Assembly (NCBI GenBank): GCA_963782915.1
Contig: CAWALK010000019.1
Coordinates: forward strand, 118,460 to 182,459
From: an uncultured archaeon
Lineage (GTDB): Archaea; Thermoproteota; Bathyarchaeia; Bathyarchaeales; Bathycorpusculaceae
Reading direction: 5' to 3'
Length of the DNA: 64,000 nucleotides
Part shown: positions 60,773-64,000 of the stretch, in pieces
Numbering within the stretch: the stretch's first letter is position 1
Layout of the letters: the number at the start of each line of letters is the position of its first letter
Translations under genes and position numbers: made by a program
The notes under the pieces: generated by a model
Database searches by the model: none
What the model was told of the DNA's origin: nothing
The model's input: only the letters and a program-made list of their open reading frames with translations

Positions 60773-62198
60773 TTAGCCCATTGCCTTTTCTGATACCTTA
60801 AGATCGTTTTGTTTGTGTTTTTTGAAGCAGAAAAACAAAGCAGCACCCGCGGCAAGAGCGCCTCCAGCACAAGCAGTGGCGAGGCACAATCGGTATGTTG
60901 GGGAAAGGCGCCTCAACATCGAAGTTGATTGTTTGGGATGTGCCTTTGTTTCCGAAAATGTCGGTAGTATATATTATGATGTTGTGGGCACCGTTTGACA
61001 AGCTAAGAGTTATGTTGCCTGTGAATGTTATTGGTTCTTGACCGTCTAGACTGTAGGCTGTCGTGCTAACCGGTTTTTCCACTGCGAAGACCAAAGAGAC
61101 CGCGGATGTATTGTATGTTTGAGTTGTTGGCGATTGAACATTTATTTTCGGCGGGGTCGTATTATAGAGGTACTCGTTAAGGTTGAAGGGTTGACTGGTT
61201 GGTTCGCGATAGAGTTGTATCTGGATGTTGTTTAACAAGGGCGTTGTTTGTGGTGATTGGTTTATGTCGCTGTCTTTGTAGAGTATTTTATCGCTGATCT
61301 GGCTATTTCCAAAGCCGTTGTCTCTGAAATAGTTGCGGTAGAATTCGTCGGTGAAGGTGTTGTTTTCATCAGGCCAAAGAGCTGCGACAATTATCCCTCC
61401 TACACCGTTGCTGATGAAGTCGTTTTCGGAAAAAGTGTTGTCATGACCTTCCCAAGCGTAGAGACCAGAAAGGTAGATGCCATACCAAGTGTACTCTACG
61501 TTATTTCTGGTAACGTTTGAGTAAGCTAACTCACCGCTGAAGGTACATGCGAAAGTGCCTTTTGATATGTTGTTGTAGGCAACGTTTAGGTATTTGACGC
61601 TACCGTATCCCTGAATTGCCGTATGTACGTTGTTAAAAATGTTCCCTATAATGTTGCAATAAGGGGATTCAGAATCAACCCAGACGCCTGTAGACCCTGC
61701 TTCAAAGTTGTTTCCCAAGATTGTGACTCTCGATGACGCGTCTATGTCAATCGCTAAACCACAGTTTTTGAATTGGATATTTTGCACGATTACATTGTGA
61801 CATTGTTGAATTATGATTCGCGCATTAGCAGAGTTGCCATAATCCCAAATGCCTTGGGAAAGCGCCAAAGTGAATTCGTTACCATCAAAGATGGCGTCGT
61901 TTTTCATGATTGTTAGTGATGTGTTGGTGAGGTCTGCTTTGAGTGTATAGAGGTTTCCTTGGCGCTCAATAGGTAGGGTTGATGGTTCTATTGTGCCGTC
62001 GGCTTTGATGTAGCCATATTCTAGGGGCACTTTTTCAATGTAAACTGGGTTCCCACCCAAAGCGGGCGCTGCTGTGGTTATGGTGAGCAGTGCCATCAAA
62101 GTGAGAAGGAAAATCTGGGCTCTGAGAGTATTGCCCTCCCAGTTTTTGGTTTTGAAAGATTGAAGGTGTGGCAAGCTCTTATTCTTCCATCGAGTCAT
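60773..62198 (-). CDS. NosD/beta-helix surface protein with Ig-like domain and TM anchor (indel near 60885)
   Basis: YIKADGTIEP..PIERQGNLYTL, beta-helix repeats, YSLDGQ...GAHNIIIYTTDIFGN; corrected tail IVLATACAGGALAAGAALFFCFKK. Confidence 0.85.
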
Positions 62199-62227
62199 GC
62201 TTCATTTTTAGCGTTAAAAGGGTTTTC

Positions 62228-62243
62228 GTCAATCTTCCTTGAC
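62228..62243. promoter_or_regulatory. GTCAA-N6-TTGAC palindrome upstream of a minus-strand TATA-like box
   Basis: GTCAATCTTCCTTGAC; 22/28 context identity with the 62651 block. Confidence 0.55.
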
Positions 62244-62377
62244 TAAGCTCAATTATAAAAACCCAAAAAACCCATCCGCCTATATAACCAATCTTGCAAC
62301 GGAAAAACTAACTCAAACCATACAATACCTCAGTTAAGCGGTTCTGTGTTTCCTAAATCGATACACTACAAGAACAA

Positions 62378-62614
62378 CTAGCAAACCGCAATAAGGCAAA
62401 CCAGCACAATTATGGCAAGTTCAGCCCAGCCCAAACCCAACCAGGTATTATTCACCGAAACCCACTGGATGGGCGTTGAAGAAGCCATGCTCTGCTGGAC
62501 TAAAACGTAAGATTCGGCAACACCGAAAGATGGTATGGTTTGTAAAATAATCAAACTTGACAGTGCAAATACCACGACAAACAATAACGCTCGGAGCTTA
62601 CTCAAGGTGGACAC
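62378..62614 (-). pseudogene. Mini surface-protein ORF: signal peptide joined almost directly to a TM anchor
   Basis: 78 aa with two hydrophobic ends and no globular domain. Confidence 0.45.
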
Positions 62615-62656
62615 CTACAACAAAACGGTTGCATTGTTGGCGATTAAAGCGTTCTT

Positions 62657-62696
62657 GTCAACGTTTCTTGACTAAACTTAGTCCGGGTTTCTTGAC
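62657..62696. promoter_or_regulatory. Two tandem GTCAA-N6-TTGAC-like sites, 24-bp spacing
   Basis: GTCAACGTTTCTTGAC and GTCCGGGTTTCTTGAC. Confidence 0.55.
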
Positions 62697-62777
62697 TAAG
62701 TCTCAAACTGATAGGTTAGCGTTGATACTCCATCCTTGAGTAAAGGATCAAGAGTCTACTTGGCAGGACCTACCTAC

Positions 62778-62808
62778 CTCAGAGGACCTCCCCTCCCCCT
62801 ATAAAAAG
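62778..62808 (-). repeat. G-rich dispersed element B
   Basis: Minus strand CTTTTTATAGGGGGAGGGGAGGTCCTCTGAG. Confidence 0.75.
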
Positions 62809-62911
62809 TAACAAACGCAAATTAAATTAGCTAAAAATCACTAATAGAAACGATGATTTTTGCTCTTAGGGACGGTTAAAGTCACAGTAAGGAAACATCT
62901 TAAAATCGGCC

Positions 62912-63553
62912 TTAGAAATAAATTGATTGTTTTGGCAACTGTGCTGACACCTCGCCTTTCTTTATCGCCGCCAAAACCGAATCTACATTCATCGAAGCCT
63001 CAACCTGCGTGCAAACACTAAACAACTCGGAGACTTGGTGTGCATCGCTGCCTGCAGTTCCGGGTAAACCCAATTCTTTGGCGAATTCTTTGGCTTTTGC
63101 GTTCCATCTTTACTGGTACCCCCGTTTAAGACCTCTATGGCGTCAACTTTTAAGGCTTCGAGCCCGTTCTCCCATGCCATAGGTGCGGAATGGGTGGGCA
63201 ACGATGGCTACGCCGCCGATTGACCGCGCAAAATCCGCTACTGCTTCAGGCGTCCAAGGTTTAGGCGGCAACTCAAAAGTTCCCAAAACCAGCATGTCCC
63301 CGGTTGGCGTACCGTCTTCTATCGTGCTGATTTCGCACCCAGGGATAATTAGGATGTCTGGATAAGCCCTTGCCAATTCGATGGTGGGTTTGTTGGCTCT
63401 TACACTGTCATGGTCGGTGACTGCTGCGACTTTAATGTAGGGATGAGCGTTTAGCATGTCAACGAGTGTTTTAGGTTGGACAAGGGAGTCTGCCGAGTAG
63501 ACGGTGTGTAAGTGGAAGTCTGCGTATAGGATGCCTGGTTTTGGCGGAGTCAT
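62912..63553 (-). CDS. PHP-family metal-dependent phosphoesterase (two compensating indels)
   Basis: DFHLHT..S.D, TDHD, GCEIS, AHPF, then DAIEVLNG and GSDAH in shifted frames; 642 nt in total. Confidence 0.85.
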
Positions 63554-63683
63554 AATTGGGCTTATAGGTGATTGGGGGTAAAAAAGATATTTGAAGCTAC
63601 AACCATCCCGAAGATAAAAAGGACACAAAGAAAAACGGAGAGAGAAATACTTGTTTCATCTCCATTTTGCCTAATGTTTTAGC

Positions 63684-63922
63684 GCAGGTCAAGTCTGAGC
63701 CTTATTGTCGAAGCCGCCCACCTAAGCATTGTCTTGGAAACTGCCGCAGACTCTTTTCGCCGATTCGAATCTGCTGCTTTCAAGGCTTGGGGTGCTTCAA
63801 CACTCAGCAATGTCTCAGCCCAATGAGGCAGAGTCCTTTGTCGCGCCCCAATTTTTCGCTGTACTAATCAGGGTGCATCTGAGCCTCAGTGCATTGCTTC
63901 TAAAGCTTGCTCCTTGACCTGC
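63684..63922 (-). ncRNA. Candidate ~240-nt multibranch ncRNA
   Basis: Terminal 10-bp stem GCAGGTCAAG/CTTGACCTGC, several inner stems, minus-strand TATTTATC at 63948-63955 and a pyrimidine tract at 63620-63650. Confidence 0.6.
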
Positions 63923-64000
63923 AATAATCCTATGCGTTTTGGCAAGTGATAAATATTGCGACAAATCTGTTACAGAAAATACTATTGATGCATCAAATAG

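Noticed and set aside
62900-62920. AAATCGGCCTTAGAAA as another motif A copy
   Set aside because: Weak match that overlaps the PHP stop codon; likely chance.
14330-63150. Frameshifts in EF-2, nitroreductase, flippase, PT protein, repeat-domain gene, NosD gene and PHP as programmed frameshifting or phase variation
   Set aside because: All are single-base gains or losses in 2-4 nt homopolymers in unrelated genes, with no shared slippery motif; this is typical of long-read assembly error.
63840-63925. SRP helix 8, TPP riboswitch or hammerhead core in the 63.7 kb element
   Set aside because: CAGGTCAAGGAGCA lacks the GGAA-capped stem, CTGATTA lacks hammerhead G8, and the TPP motifs are incomplete and out of order.

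Overview
Archaeal chromosomal window, probably Bathyarchaeia (inferred from gene content: class I CCA-adding enzyme, EF-2 with diphthamide loop, AfpA, DUF763, many Pro/Thr-linker surface proteins, expanded PAS histidine kinases). Housekeeping genes (porGDAB, afpA/isf, a stand-alone EF-2, P-type ATPase, LipS1-like radical SAM, thpR-cca, uppP, PHP) alternate with accessory blocks carrying surface proteins, hicAB, a sulfatase cluster and gene remnants. At least seven genes carry single-base indels in short homopolymers, most likely assembly errors. I recognised no tRNA, rRNA, cas, integrase or transposase gene. The most interesting signals are non-coding. (1) A dispersed G-rich ~35-45 bp element and a related GTCGCCTCTAAA core sit at the borders of accessory cassettes, including a hybrid site at a gene truncation point, which suggests an undescribed cassette-mobilising system. 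(2) Several long intergenic hairpin or multibranch elements, some promoter-linked, are ncRNA candidates, and two of them share sequence motifs. (3) Two CRISPR-repeat-like direct repeats bracket hicAB. (4) Two unannotated C2H2 zinc-finger microproteins and one CxxC zinc-ribbon microprotein pair with a small ~80-aa paralogue family. All alignments and pairings were read by eye and need computational confirmation.
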